This document shows positions 41,701 through 53,899 of a DNA stretch of 64,000 nucleotides, in pieces. The notes beneath the pieces are model-generated. The model had not been told where the DNA came from. It did not search any database and worked only from the letters and a program-made list of their open reading frames with translations. Location of the stretch: assembly GCA_002633005.1 (NCBI GenBank), contig NMRA01000735.1:62001-126000 (forward strand), in the 5' to 3' direction. This DNA is from Phoronis australis (Eukaryota; Animalia; Phoronida). Both the position numbers and the translations under genes were made by a program. Each line of letters opens with the position of its first letter. Positions within the stretch are counted from its first letter, which is position 1.

Positions 41701-42690
41701 AAGAGTCATCGTTGTGTATACATGCACAGATTTACCGTTCCCCTAATGAAGGTGCGCTAATGGCCTTACTGGACAATCTACCGTGACGAATTTTTTTTTN
41801 TCTATTTTGAAAACACTTTTCCTACCTTTTTTGTAAAACAAGTAATCTGGTATCGTCAGTATCACAGTAATACACTGCTGTGTCACTGGGAACCTGAAAC
41901 ACAGTATGGATTTCATCGACATGCTAAATTTTTCGCATGTCTCATCAATACGCAAATATCAGTACATACTTGCATTCTGTTGAATTATCAACCACCATAC
42001 ATTCATCCAAGTCAAGATCGCGTCATTTCCGCTACTGAAAAATTTAGGGCAGCTGCGTCTCAACCTCGTTATTTAGATTCAGATATCCAGATGATTGGCA
42101 GAGATTGGAACTGAGCTCTTGTTTAAGCAATACAATCAATGTTTTAAGAACCTTAACAAGGTTACTAATTGGTCACAAATACATGTACAATAAAATATTC
42201 TCTTCACAAAAACTCGTCCCATTAACAGACAACATGAAAAATGAACTGCCCAATTTCTTAGAGTTTTGAACTTTCGAAGTAGTAAACTTTCGAAGGTAGC
42301 AAACCTTCTGATTAGTTGTTTTGGTTTGGGTACACCACTCCGTGCATCTACCAACCAAAGTATCGTTTACTATTTTCAGAAAAGTTGACCTTAGGAGTAG
42401 AAAAATGGGCTGTTCATGATTCTAGAGATGTAACACGCAAAAGTATAACCAGATAAAAACTTTCGTCAAGACATTCTCAGACTGAAAAAAAAAATCCGTT
42501 TTGGTATGTAATAAGGTGTAATCGATCATTTAAACAAGGTTGATTTGAAAGTTTTCCAGTAAGGTAACCCAAGAGCGTTTTCTTTCTGGACATCAACACA
42601 TAATCTGAATTTGAGTCCCATTCCTTACGAGCACACGTCACGGCATCCTCATGTCCATCTCATTTTAGAAAAATAGAACTAAGAGTCATC

Positions 42691-45657
42691 TGAGATTCCG
42701 ATTCATGTGTTGACTTGCCTCTAGCCACACCTACGGTAGTCCTTGCACTTGACTGGAAGTTTCTTCCCCTCATGGGCAGTGATCACAGACCAACTCTTAT
42801 TAATATTAATACAGCAGGGGACCCAGTCCCCTCAAAGAACCCTCCTGGGTTCAAGTACAGGGTAAGGGGGACATCAGTCGTTCAGAAGGTGCTTAAAAGG
42901 CTGAAGGAGACCAGAGCTATGCGCAAAACCAATAATCCAAGGCGCAAACCTAAATGGTGGACGGAGGAAGTGGACAGTGCCTGGAGTAGTAAGATGCAAA
43001 GGAGCAAAGAGTATACCCCAGCCAAGAGCCAAGGGGTGTCAAAGGAAGAAATCTGTGAGCGACGCAAGGCCTTCGGCGATGCTGTTGCTAATTATCAGCC
43101 TGTTTCACTGAAGAACAAATAAATGCTTCTGGACGATTTCTGTCAGAGTTCTGATAAAGGAGGCCCATCAATCGTCAGCAAATTCTGGAATCTGGCTAAG
43201 GAAATGAAAAGAATCTCAACTGGAGCAGGATCTTCACCTAAACTTATCCAGCGACCTAATGGTAAGACGCTTGGTACAGCCCAGTAAAGAGGCGAAGCCA
43301 ACCTTCTGAGATACCAGAACCAACTGCAGCCAGATGGCTCTGACATTGTCCAGCAAGCATTACGCACAGTGAACCAGCATATCGAGGAGAATGATCAAAA
43401 CAATGAACAACCAGTCTCACTTGAAGAACTAGATGCAACCCTACGTTCGATAAGTAAAGACTCAGCTCCCGGGCCGAATAGAGTTAAAAAACTCTAACCT
43501 GAAAAGCATGAGCCTAGAGGAGAAGAGCCAGCTCCTTCAGATCATAAACAGTTCATTGTTGATGGAACCATGGACCAGGACCTTAGAGACTGCAACATGG
43601 TGGTTCTTCCAAAGCCGATGAAAGACCATAGCAAACTGAAGGGATACAGAATCATCATCATGGCGAACACCTGGGCAAAAATCACGGAACAATGTAGTGC
43701 AGCGACAAGCATATGACCTAGAGAGACGTGGCTGTCTATCACCGAGAGTTGGAGGAGCTAGACTAAGAAGATCCACTGTCTCCAACGTTGAAGCAATACT
43801 GCATGGAATTCAATAGGTAATGAAGGTTTCGCAACACACTGCAATTGCTCTCTTTGATCTGGAAGACGCCTACAACAAAGTGGATGTGGGTATTCTTGCC
43901 GACAAACTCAGACAAATGGAGGTATCTGATATGATGATCCGTTGGATTCTAGTCTTGCTAGATACTCGCAGATGTCAACTCAAATTCCGTAAGTGGAAGT
44001 AAAGCATCTTTGAAGTAAAGCTCAGGCATCCTGCAAGGGTCACCTCTCAGCTCAGTGCTGTTAAACGTCAACACGGCAGATCTCATACAAGCAGCAAGTG
44101 CAGATGGATCTTTACCATACAGCTATGTTGATGACTTGATAGTCGTAAGTGAGGCGAACACTCCGAGACTTGCCGTGGAGGGCCTGCAATCAGCAAGTGA
44201 TGTTGTGGCCGATTGGACCAAAGACAACAAGATGTCAATCCTACCAGATAAAGGGGAATGAATGTTAGCCTCACGAGGTTATTTCAACCCAAACATGTTC
44301 AGCCTGGGACACATGTGAGCCTTGATACTTCAAGTCGCTGAAGTTACCTATCAAGGAAATAAGATGGATCGAAGAATGATGATGAACTCCCATGTTGAAT
44401 TCCTAGCTGGGAAAGGTGCCAAGAGCCTGTCACTGTTGAGATATGCAGCAACCCAGCAGATCCAAAAAAGAGCATGGTGCAGCTCGTGAATGCAACTGTC
44501 GGCGAAAGAACTGAGTAAGGGCTCCATCTGTGCCTATGTGCCTCCCAACAGTCAATGACCAAACTGTAGAGGATTCAAAACCAGGCCATGAGGATAGTAA
44601 CCAGTGCAACTAGACCCACTCCGGTAGACAGTCTCCAATACTGGTCAGGTAACAATAGCATCCGTACTAAACAGAAGACACTAGCAGCCCAAGCATATCT
44701 AAAGGCAGCTACAACCAACACTCATCCTCTGTACCTGGACCTGAGAGAGCATAGTGATGAGCACACTGCACAGAGGCTGAAAACTGTTCAAATCAGGGGT
44801 TATCGGAGCTAGGGAGTTTGTCGAAGCGGTGTGTCCATTGGAGAACATCAACAAGATAGAGTGGTCCAAAGCCACAAACTTTGACATCAACACCATGGAG
44901 ATTGGAGGCCGCCATTGGCGGGAAAGAGCTGACTGTATCAAACAAGCAACTGTATCGGAATGGCTTGAAGAACAATCTCCCACGATCATTGTTGCAACAG
45001 ACGGCTCATTAAGAGATGACACTACGGCTTCGGCAGCAGTTGCTTGGATTCGCGAGGGTCATAGCCTCTTCGAATTGTCAACAGCATGGGTTAGAAAATT
45101 CTCGTCTTTTAAAGCTGAATGTGAAGCATATGAAGACTCCCGTGTCTGGCTCTCACAGAACACAACACCTGCAGACAGATCATTACTAGTTACAGACTCT
45201 CTCAGCCTCATTAACAGGCTAAAAACTGGCCATGTGAAAGATTCCTGGATCCCTCTGTTCAGCTCTATTAATGGTCTCCTCACAGGCGTTTCGTTTATGT
45301 TCCAGGACACTGTGGCATCTTATTCAAAGTCAAGGCGGATGAACTTGCAGGCATCGCAGAACCAATTACCGACCTGCTCCTCACACCAGCAGATGTAATC
45401 ACCAAAGTGCGTGAATCGCTTACAGATGCCGAGATTGTACAACAGCAGAAGAGATATACAACAAAGCGCCTCATAGAGCGAGGATGGCAATACGGAGATG
45501 CAGTATAAACTCGTATCAGGGGAAAAGATCGAAGAGTATGTAACCAGCACGAAATAGGTCGCATCTCCAAATTTGCATTGCGTACGATACTAGAAGGAGG
45601 AGGGCCAGAGACTATCCCGGTGCCTACCCGCTGACGTCACCGCAGGAACAGAAACAG
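42691..45657 (+). mobile_element. 5'-truncated I-group LINE with RT and RNase H, copy B
   Basis: TSD AAGAGTCATC (42681-42690, 45658-45667); same motifs as copy A plus the PKWW linker; shares stop codons with copy A. Confidence 0.88.
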
Positions 45658-46227
45658 AAGAGTCATCGTTGTATACATGCACAGATTTACCGTTCCCCTA
45701 ATGAAGTTGCGTTAATGGCCTTACTGGACAATCTACCGTGACGAAATTTGCAAAATATCAAAAGTCCACAGTTTTAGAATTTCTAACCACCCCCCGCAAA
45801 ATGCTGGCTACAGGCCTGGTCCATTAATCGTTTACAATCCTGTCATCAACGAAAACACCAATCGGGCGAATTTGGGCGGGGGCCTGAGAATCACAGGAAG
45901 TGCTTTGTATCAAAAGCAGGTGGATAATGTAAGTAATGATACCAGTAGTTACAATACTTTTGTTGTTATATACATGTATGTATGTCCTATCTTTAACGGA
46001 TATTCTTGGGCTGGAACTTTCCACTGGAGACACCCCAAATCCCCCAGGGTATTTGGGTTGCCTAGCTGGTTCATAACATCGACTGATATTTTGAATTTTA
46101 ATTTTAATCAAATAAACATGATTCCGTAAGGAATTCGCTAAGATACTTGTAGGTGAACGGCCGCCTATCATCAGCTAGTTCTGTAAATTCATCATTTGAG
46201 TGTGACGTAAGGCGGCGGAAGAACAAA

Positions 46228-47880
46228 TTGCCTTGATTAATATACGAGGTCCCACCGGAAGGCTGTCTATGAGCGAGACCACACTATATTAATACATGTA
46301 TAGGCGTCAGGAACCCTTCGAAGAAAGGAGGCCAATGGTTGAGGCCACCCTATATTAAAACAGTTACCACGCAGGGAGGTAACTGACGAGCATTTATTCA
46401 CATACAAAAATTCACGTCGTTTTCCCTTCCTGTTTTGGCAAACCAGCACCTTTGAAAAATGATGAAAATGCGTCAGAGCCTCAATCTTGAAGACAACTTT
46501 CATATAAACAGCACTCGAAAATTTTCGAAGTAATTGGGCAGCGCAGACTTCGTGTTTGTCGATATGTGTATTTGTATCAAAAAATGGCCACCAGATGGCA
46601 CAAAATATATCAAATCCATCCCAAAAGAGACACAATCATCGCTTTTTCAATAGAGAGCTATTCACCAATTTTCATAAAAGTCTGTCAAAAAACAACAGAG
46701 AAGCAACGGAAAACCGAGAAAAATTAAAACTGGCACTTGGGTGTAATCCGTCTGAAAGTTGTCAACGTCTGTTGTCATCTTGATATGAATAAAACTTTGT
46801 TTTTCTACAATTCTGAGAGACAATAACATCATGGTTAGGAATATTATGAAATGGAATAATACGTTGGCTTGCCATACAAGAATGAATTTGTTACAATAAA
46901 TAAAATGCATCGATTCCTTAGTTCTTTCCAGAATGAACAAAATATGTTAAAATAAAGTGGAATGCTCAAAATTCTGTTAGGTTATGGGGTGCATCACTGG
47001 ATAATATTAATTTGTCTTTCAAACAAGATATTTTTTACAACAACGCATGATTGAGCCAACTTTCAATAAGCTGACTGATAAGTGATATTCCGTGAAATAA
47101 ATACACGTTTTGTCGCCTCGTGTGACATTTTATCATCACAGGCAGGGTTCTGGCTGGAAAGGCACATTGAATCCTCAAAATAGCTTCTAACACTAACTTG
47201 AAATTGATAGAATTCACAAACTTGTGTTTGAGATTTTTATTAAACCTCGTAGTCCATTGTGTGGTGACGAAAAATGTTATCTGACTTCGAAGGTATTGGC
47301 TATGTTGTAGGTGTTGAGTGCGACTCACTTTGCCAATTCATGTTCTTCATTATGCTCGCAGGGGGCCAGCCCGAAGGCGACTGAAGAACAGAGATGTTTG
47401 TATTATGATAAGGGGCCTCATCTAAAGCCAGTCAAAAAGCGGGCCAATTATGTAATTTTAGAGGACACAACGAGAAGATGGATGAACATTGGGATCTTCT
47501 GCAATTGTCTGGGGTCGTGACCAAAAGTAGACAAACAATGGCACCCCATATATTAATGTTAGAAGAACTAATAATAGAGCATGCTTCATTCTTCGGCAGC
47601 GTTAAAGCAGGGGTTACTATTGAAGGAACTGCTCTGTGGCCACCTTAAAGTGGGCTGCCTATATTAATTTCGACGGCCTCGCTCTTTTGTCGCCGTTGGG
47701 CGGGGTCAATCGTATTTGTATAGGAAGCCTCGCTGGAAGGGGGCCGGAGAGGAGGAACCCTCTATTAATATAAGCGTCTCGCTAGAAGGCAGACGGAGTG
47801 CAGGTCCTTATATTAATGTAGCAGGGCAATGCCTTTCGATTGCCTTTCGGTGGGGCCCTCCATATTAACATAGGGGCCTC
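46228..47880. mobile_element. ~1.65 kb non-autonomous TIR element with TATATTAAT subterminal repeats
   Basis: TTAATATACGAGGTCCCACCGGAAGGC near 46238 pairs with GCCTTTCGGTGGGGCCCTCCATATTAA near 47842; TATTAAT motifs are repeated at both ends. Confidence 0.5.
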
Positions 47881-50719
47881 GCTTTTGAGGTATGAAATTC
47901 AGTTTTAGTCTGTCATTTTAAAAATAGTATGTCATTTTAATAAAAAGCTGATATCAGCTTTTGTTCTGCAATAAATTTACCCGGCTAACTGCATTTCAAA
48001 AAAAAAATAAATGACACTATCGCGTCCGGTTACACATGGTTTCGTGACAATCCTTTTACCCCTTCATTTGTTATTCTTTGCACTATTTCAGTATTTCCTT
48101 TTGCACTTTGTACATGAAAGTCTCCAGCTTATGCTCTATTGTGGCATATCTGCATTATTTTATTTCCATATGAGAATGAATCAAACATGTTTCGAAATCT
48201 TGTGTACCTTTTAATAATGTCTCTTGGTTAGTTACTTCATCAATGTTCCGTCGAGTGTAGAGTTTTATTCCAAACATATGAACAGAACGGAATAAAGACT
48301 GTCAGTAACGAAAAGAGTCGTGTGTTTAATCAATACTACGGGTCGGATAATCAAATGTCCACGATTGCGGAAGGAATACAAACAGATACTAGTAGGTGAA
48401 CGGCCGTCTAGCGGCACCTCGTTTGATAAATTCACCCATTTGAGTGTGACGTTAACGTGTACATGTATATTACTCCATATACTGTAGTAACATCAACTTT
48501 TATTTTGCAATGAGTTTGTCGGGTTCACCACGTGTTGTAGAAAAAACAATACTAAAATCTTCTATCGCGTCAAACTTCAATGCTGTGTGAATAGTCGCTG
48601 GCATCTTTGTAATGGTGTCCGTCGCATTTCGCGTTGGTTGCATTCAAGGTACGCCTGAAATAGTCAGTTTTGCACAATTCGAACATAGATCTAGTCCTCT
48701 TAGCCACTCCCTGAGATGATTGATGGCTGAAATCACTTAATTCCACGATTAGGTGTGCGTAAATTTAGAACTTTAGGTTAACTCAATCAATCTCGATTTG
48801 AAATAAAAACAAATCTGTGTACGATTTTCAATATGAACAAGGCCACATAAAATCTATATTTTTTCTAAAGTTATTCAATTTTTGTATCAGTATTTCTTAC
48901 AGTCACATATTCTTCAGGCAATTTGAACCACCTCAGAATTCCATTCATATTTAAGTGTTTCACATGTGGCACACGACCAACTCAACAAAGAAATCTCCGA
49001 ACATGATCAACTTCTCTATCACGGCTGATATTGCAGGGTTGAACATAAAAATTCTGCAGTTTTGCGCGTGCGTTTGAACACACGAGCGTTAAAGCTTCGG
49101 TGACAAGCTTGAAACTCAGATGCAAAAGAAGCGGAGAAAACTTAACGTCGAGAAAATATTCAGTCGTTCACGGTGAGAATGACTGATGCGTGATTGGTTG
49201 AACGAAGCTTTTCTTACACTGGGAGTGATGCTCCCCGTATAAGCCAATCAAAATGTGGAGGAGGGATTTAAAATGGTATAAATAAAACCTTGGTGCAATG
49301 GTTATTCCGTACGGCATACACAACAGTGGTGAGTCTGCAGGTAAGAATTTAATGTTCACTGAATAGGGCTGCACAGTTTTAGACTAGTGAAAAAACACGT
49401 TCCTTAAAACTCCGTCAGATGTGTCCGACTTGCAGTAAAAATCGTTCCTTGTAACGTGGAACGGAAAATCACGTATTGTATTCAATGAGCGTGACCTAAT
49501 GCGTTCGCGTAGATTTTCCAAAACAGTCCCCGAAGAAAGAACACTATTTGTTATGCAAACTGTACTCTTCGTCAAAATTTCTGATCTTTTCTGATAGAAT
49601 GTCATGCAAACACTAGAAGATTAAACAGGACCAATATTTTGAAATATTTCCTGTAGTTAGCCTATGTTGTGGTCGCCGCTTGTAAGGGCCAGTGAAGACG
49701 GAGACCCTAAACGCATTTGTTATATTTTAGAACACAAAATAGAAAATACAGCTAAAAATATTACACCTTGTGAACGAAATTATTGAATTCTAAAAGCGCA
49801 ACACACCATGTGTTTCCTTTGGAATTCCTACTGAACACAATCTTTTTGTTATTCCAGGGGTCCTGATCATTAAGTGTTTAAATGATGGTGATAGTAATCT
49901 CGTTAGGTTGTCTAGCTTGTTTTTGGCAATAAATTAAATTGAAACGTTATGCATGGCCTGGCCATTAAATTTGTCTGACTACAATCCAAGCAAACGATGA
50001 GGACCAAGCACAGGAAGACTTGCTATTGTAACAGCTAGCTTTTTTCTGTTCGCGGTTGGAGACATGACGGGCACTGATCATAATTACGATGTCATAGATA
50101 TCTCATTAGTTTTGTGGCAACTCTTTAAACAATTCTTTGATCATCCGTTGAAGAGTGAGTACATGCATATGAGGCTTTGTAAACAAGCCGTTTAATATGT
50201 TTCGCGTAGTGTTCATGTAGCAATTTGCTTTCTTATATCAAAATGAAAACCTGTCGTTTTACATACACTGTATTTAGTACACATGTATAAGGGTGAACTC
50301 GTTGCACCAGCACACCATGGAAAACCAACAACGCAAAGCAATCCTGCAGACAACAAAAGATGTATAGGCAAAGTATTAGTCATCAACACCTCTTTATGTC
50401 AATTACATACCACAGGAGAACAATACTGCACTTCTGCTTCTAATACAGACGACTGAACCCTTATTTTACATCGTTCCGCAGTGTGTTCTTACACACAAAA
50501 ACATTATTTAACGGAAACATTTACCAATCTACACTAACATGAAGTGAAAAACAAAAGTCACTCAAATACTTAAGGCAACGAGCATTTTGCATCATTGTGG
50601 TATTGTGCCATTTAAAATATACAGTCGAGAATATTTTTTCATTTATTCCTTTAATACATGTACCTGAATCCTTGCTGTTAATACAAAAAAATATCTTTCA
50701 CACAAAAATCTTGTTACGT

Positions 50720-51775
50720 GATAAACGTAGGTCTCGTTGTATCGTTTTAAATCTTAGAACGATACAGCTATTAGAACGAGACGCACGCTGCAACGCTGTA
50801 ACTTCTTGGAACGAGACAGCGTGCCTAACGCAAGTGCCGTGGCATTGTTTTGTTTCAAAAATTAAAAACTATACAGTGAGGTGAGCGAGACACACTGTGT
50901 AACGTTGCAAAATCTTATAGCACAATACAGCATGATAAACACAAGTCTGGCTGTATCGTGTTAAAGACTAGAACTGCACAGCAAGTAAAGACGTACGCTT
51001 TAACGCTGGAACCCTGAGAACAATGCAGTGTGACAAACGGTAGTCTCCCTGCACTCGTTTTAAATTCTAGGATGATACAGAGAGATGAACGACACCCACG
51101 ATTTAACGTTGCAATGCTTAGAACGATAAAGCGTGACAGACGTGCATTAAGTCTTGCTGTATCGTTGTAAAAATCAGGACATTACAGAAAATTGAACGAG
51201 ACGCACGCAGTAACGTTATACATTGTAGCTGTTAACGATACAGGATGACAAACACGCGTCACGTTGTGTCGTTTTAAAGTCTACAATGGTACACCAAGCT
51301 GAACAAGACGCAAGTTGTCACGTTGTTACCTGCTTAGAAGGACACATCGTGACAAACTGGCGTCTCTGTTGTGTCGTTTTTAAGTCTAGAACCGTAATAC
51401 AACATCTGGAACGAGACGCACGACTTTACGCAGTAAACACAAGTAAACACAGGTACCTTTAATACGACCTCGACGATATCCTATTGTAAAGATAAAGGTA
51501 AATACAACTACAGTCCAATTTTCCAGCGCGCCTGGCACTTTCGGAATAAATCAAAACATGTCAAAGATGGAAGTAATTTAACTCACACAATTTATCTGTG
51601 ACTGCCACACACAGCCGGACAAACGCGCGTCTTGTTGCATCGTTTTAAATTGTAGAATGGTACAACGAGCAGAATGAAACGCATGCTTTATCGTCGTCAC
51701 TCTTAAAAAGATACAGCGTGACAAACACAAGGATGTTGTACTGTTTTAAAGTCTAGAACGATACAGCGAGTGAGC
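50720..51775. repeat. Diverged ~105-bp tandem repeat (about 9 units, interrupted at ~51430-51610)
   Basis: The GT(A/G)TCGTTTTAAA..CTAGAACGATACAG..GAACGAGACGCACG motif recurs at ~50739, 50847, 50953, 51054, 51159, 51266, 51371, 51638 and 51738. Confidence 0.8.
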
Positions 51776-53899
51776 CGAAATTCATGTTCTAACCAAGGGG
51801 TGTAGTAGAGTAGGAGAGTTCACTCCGCCATTTTACCATCACCGCAATGGTTACAGGTCGAAACTCTAGTGCTCCAAGCGGTGAATAATCAGCACTTAGG
51901 AGCGCAGTCCGAACAATGTAAACACTCATGTATTCATAATTTAATGACATTCAACGTGCAATAAAATTACTGTGTGATTGAAAATGGTTAGAATACATAA
52001 ACCAACATCCACTTACAAGAGAATGAGAAAGAAAATGTGTATTTTAAACAATATTAAAACGTATTTGTTTTTCTTCTCTTGAAGCTCCCTTCAAAAGCCA
52101 TCATGGTTTTTTTCATGATTGAGTTCTTACCAAGGTAATTATCGTTCTTATAACAGTTCATACCCCCATGGACTACATAATTTGAATGATTGCTCCTGGG
52201 GGTTCAGAGGGGAATTCCTCCCAGGTGCCAGCTACTGTAAGGGGGTACCAGGCAGAAACCAGGTGGGCGCCAAATGTGTGTTGCCCCCCTCCCAGGGGGG
52301 TTACATGGCAGGAGCGCTAAACAGGTAAAAACCAGTGGGTATGTATGCCACATGGGTGTTGAGCCCCTCCCATCGTCACACATTTTGATTGCTCCCCTGA
52401 CCATTGACAAACATGTTGCTCCCAGCTCATTGCTGGTTTCATCTCCACCCAGCAATTTCGCATGTCTTCCCTATTCAATGCACCAGGCTACTAGCTATGT
52501 AGACAATTGTCTTGTGCAGTGGGTGTTACCCAAGTGAGAAGAAGAAAGCAAGGCAATTCACCACTACCACAAAATCGTAATACAATTTTAGAACATTCCA
52601 TTATTTCTTAGACATGCCAGTATAGGGTAAACTCAATATCACTCTCCTACTCACTAACAGTTAAAAGTCAGTTGCTAATCTGTGGAATAGCTCACAACTA
52701 ACAAAACGTAGTAACATTGGGTGTATCATCAATCATAGCAAGTCAAAGTTCAAAAGGTCACGACAAAAAATTGTACTGAACAGCAATCAAAATATTCACT
52801 ACCCAGGTAGCTTCATACAAAACTGAATTAAATATACCCACTGTTCATGTAAGTTACAGCCAGACCACAAGATCATATCTGATGCCTAGCCTCAACTGGG
52901 GCTTAAATTAATCACAATCTCCAAAAACGTACAAAATAGGCAACACATACACCAACCAATACAACAAGAAAATCTGAACAACCTTGTCACTCTCTATTAA
53001 TTCACTAGTAAACAACAGCACTTTTTGCCAAAGAATTGCGTTATAAATATCGCTGGAAATTAATTTACTCACAGGGGTTTTTGTCATCGAAAAGCATGAT
53101 ACGGATAGCTTGGGCTTAACAAAATTTAAGCCCACCGTTCAGATTCTGAATGATCAATCAGTTTCACTTTGGCTCTCTCCAAATCACAGGCTAACCATTC
53201 AGCTGAAAAACGCGGGAATACTGTTGGGTTGGTAGACTTCATGGGATTATTAGGTTAAAACAGACCCATGAATTTAAATTATTACGCCGTTTATCAACTG
53301 GTATTTAGAGTGTTAGGCTGCAACTGCAGGGCTTACAGGTTTGACGCCATGCTGAAACAGATGTCCAGCAGACAGCTGCTTTTCTCGACGATAATGTTCT
53401 TTCAATCACAGCGTCAAATTGCCTCAAGTGACCACTTTTCATTTTACTGTCCAGTTTTACCCTTAGTTATTTTTCGCGCAATACCTTTGACAGAGAAATT
53501 TACACGTGTTACCAGAATAACAACAACGACAACAATACACAATATAGAAAATAAACCGTCAAAAACCGTTCCTGACAAATGTACAATAGTATTTGGGCAA
53601 AAGCAGGTTTTCCTTGCCATGTTTTAGGAAAGGCTGGTTGTTTCCTGACGAAATTCACCCAAAAACCAATACCATGATTTTGCATGGCTGGCAAATACAT
53701 GTAATGGGTTGCATTTTGTGATCTGTGTTGTGAATGCACCGTAAAAGCCTGTATTTCCGGAGTTCACGTGCATAGTCAAAAAATACAGTCCTTGAAAGAT
53801 GATGAGACTATAACAGGTTACCTTATGACTTTGTCAATTACTGGTTATCAAAGTTGCAAAATAATTGTTCATGTACATGACGTGTGCATGATCGCAAAC

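Larger units (their letters stand above)
38200..45745. repeat. Tandem duplication: unit A 38200-41790, unit B 41801-45745
   Basis: The units are near-identical with scattered substitutions and one 344-bp indel; the junction is a T-run plus N at 41791-41800. Confidence 0.95.

Noticed and set aside
40875-45398. 189-aa RNase H ORFs as domesticated host genes
   Set aside because: They are fragments of dead LINE ORFs, have no true ATG start, and are frameshifted before the last catalytic motif
50720-51775. CRISPR array
   Set aside because: The units are homologous along their whole length, with no identical repeats, no unique spacers and no cas genes; the context is eukaryotic
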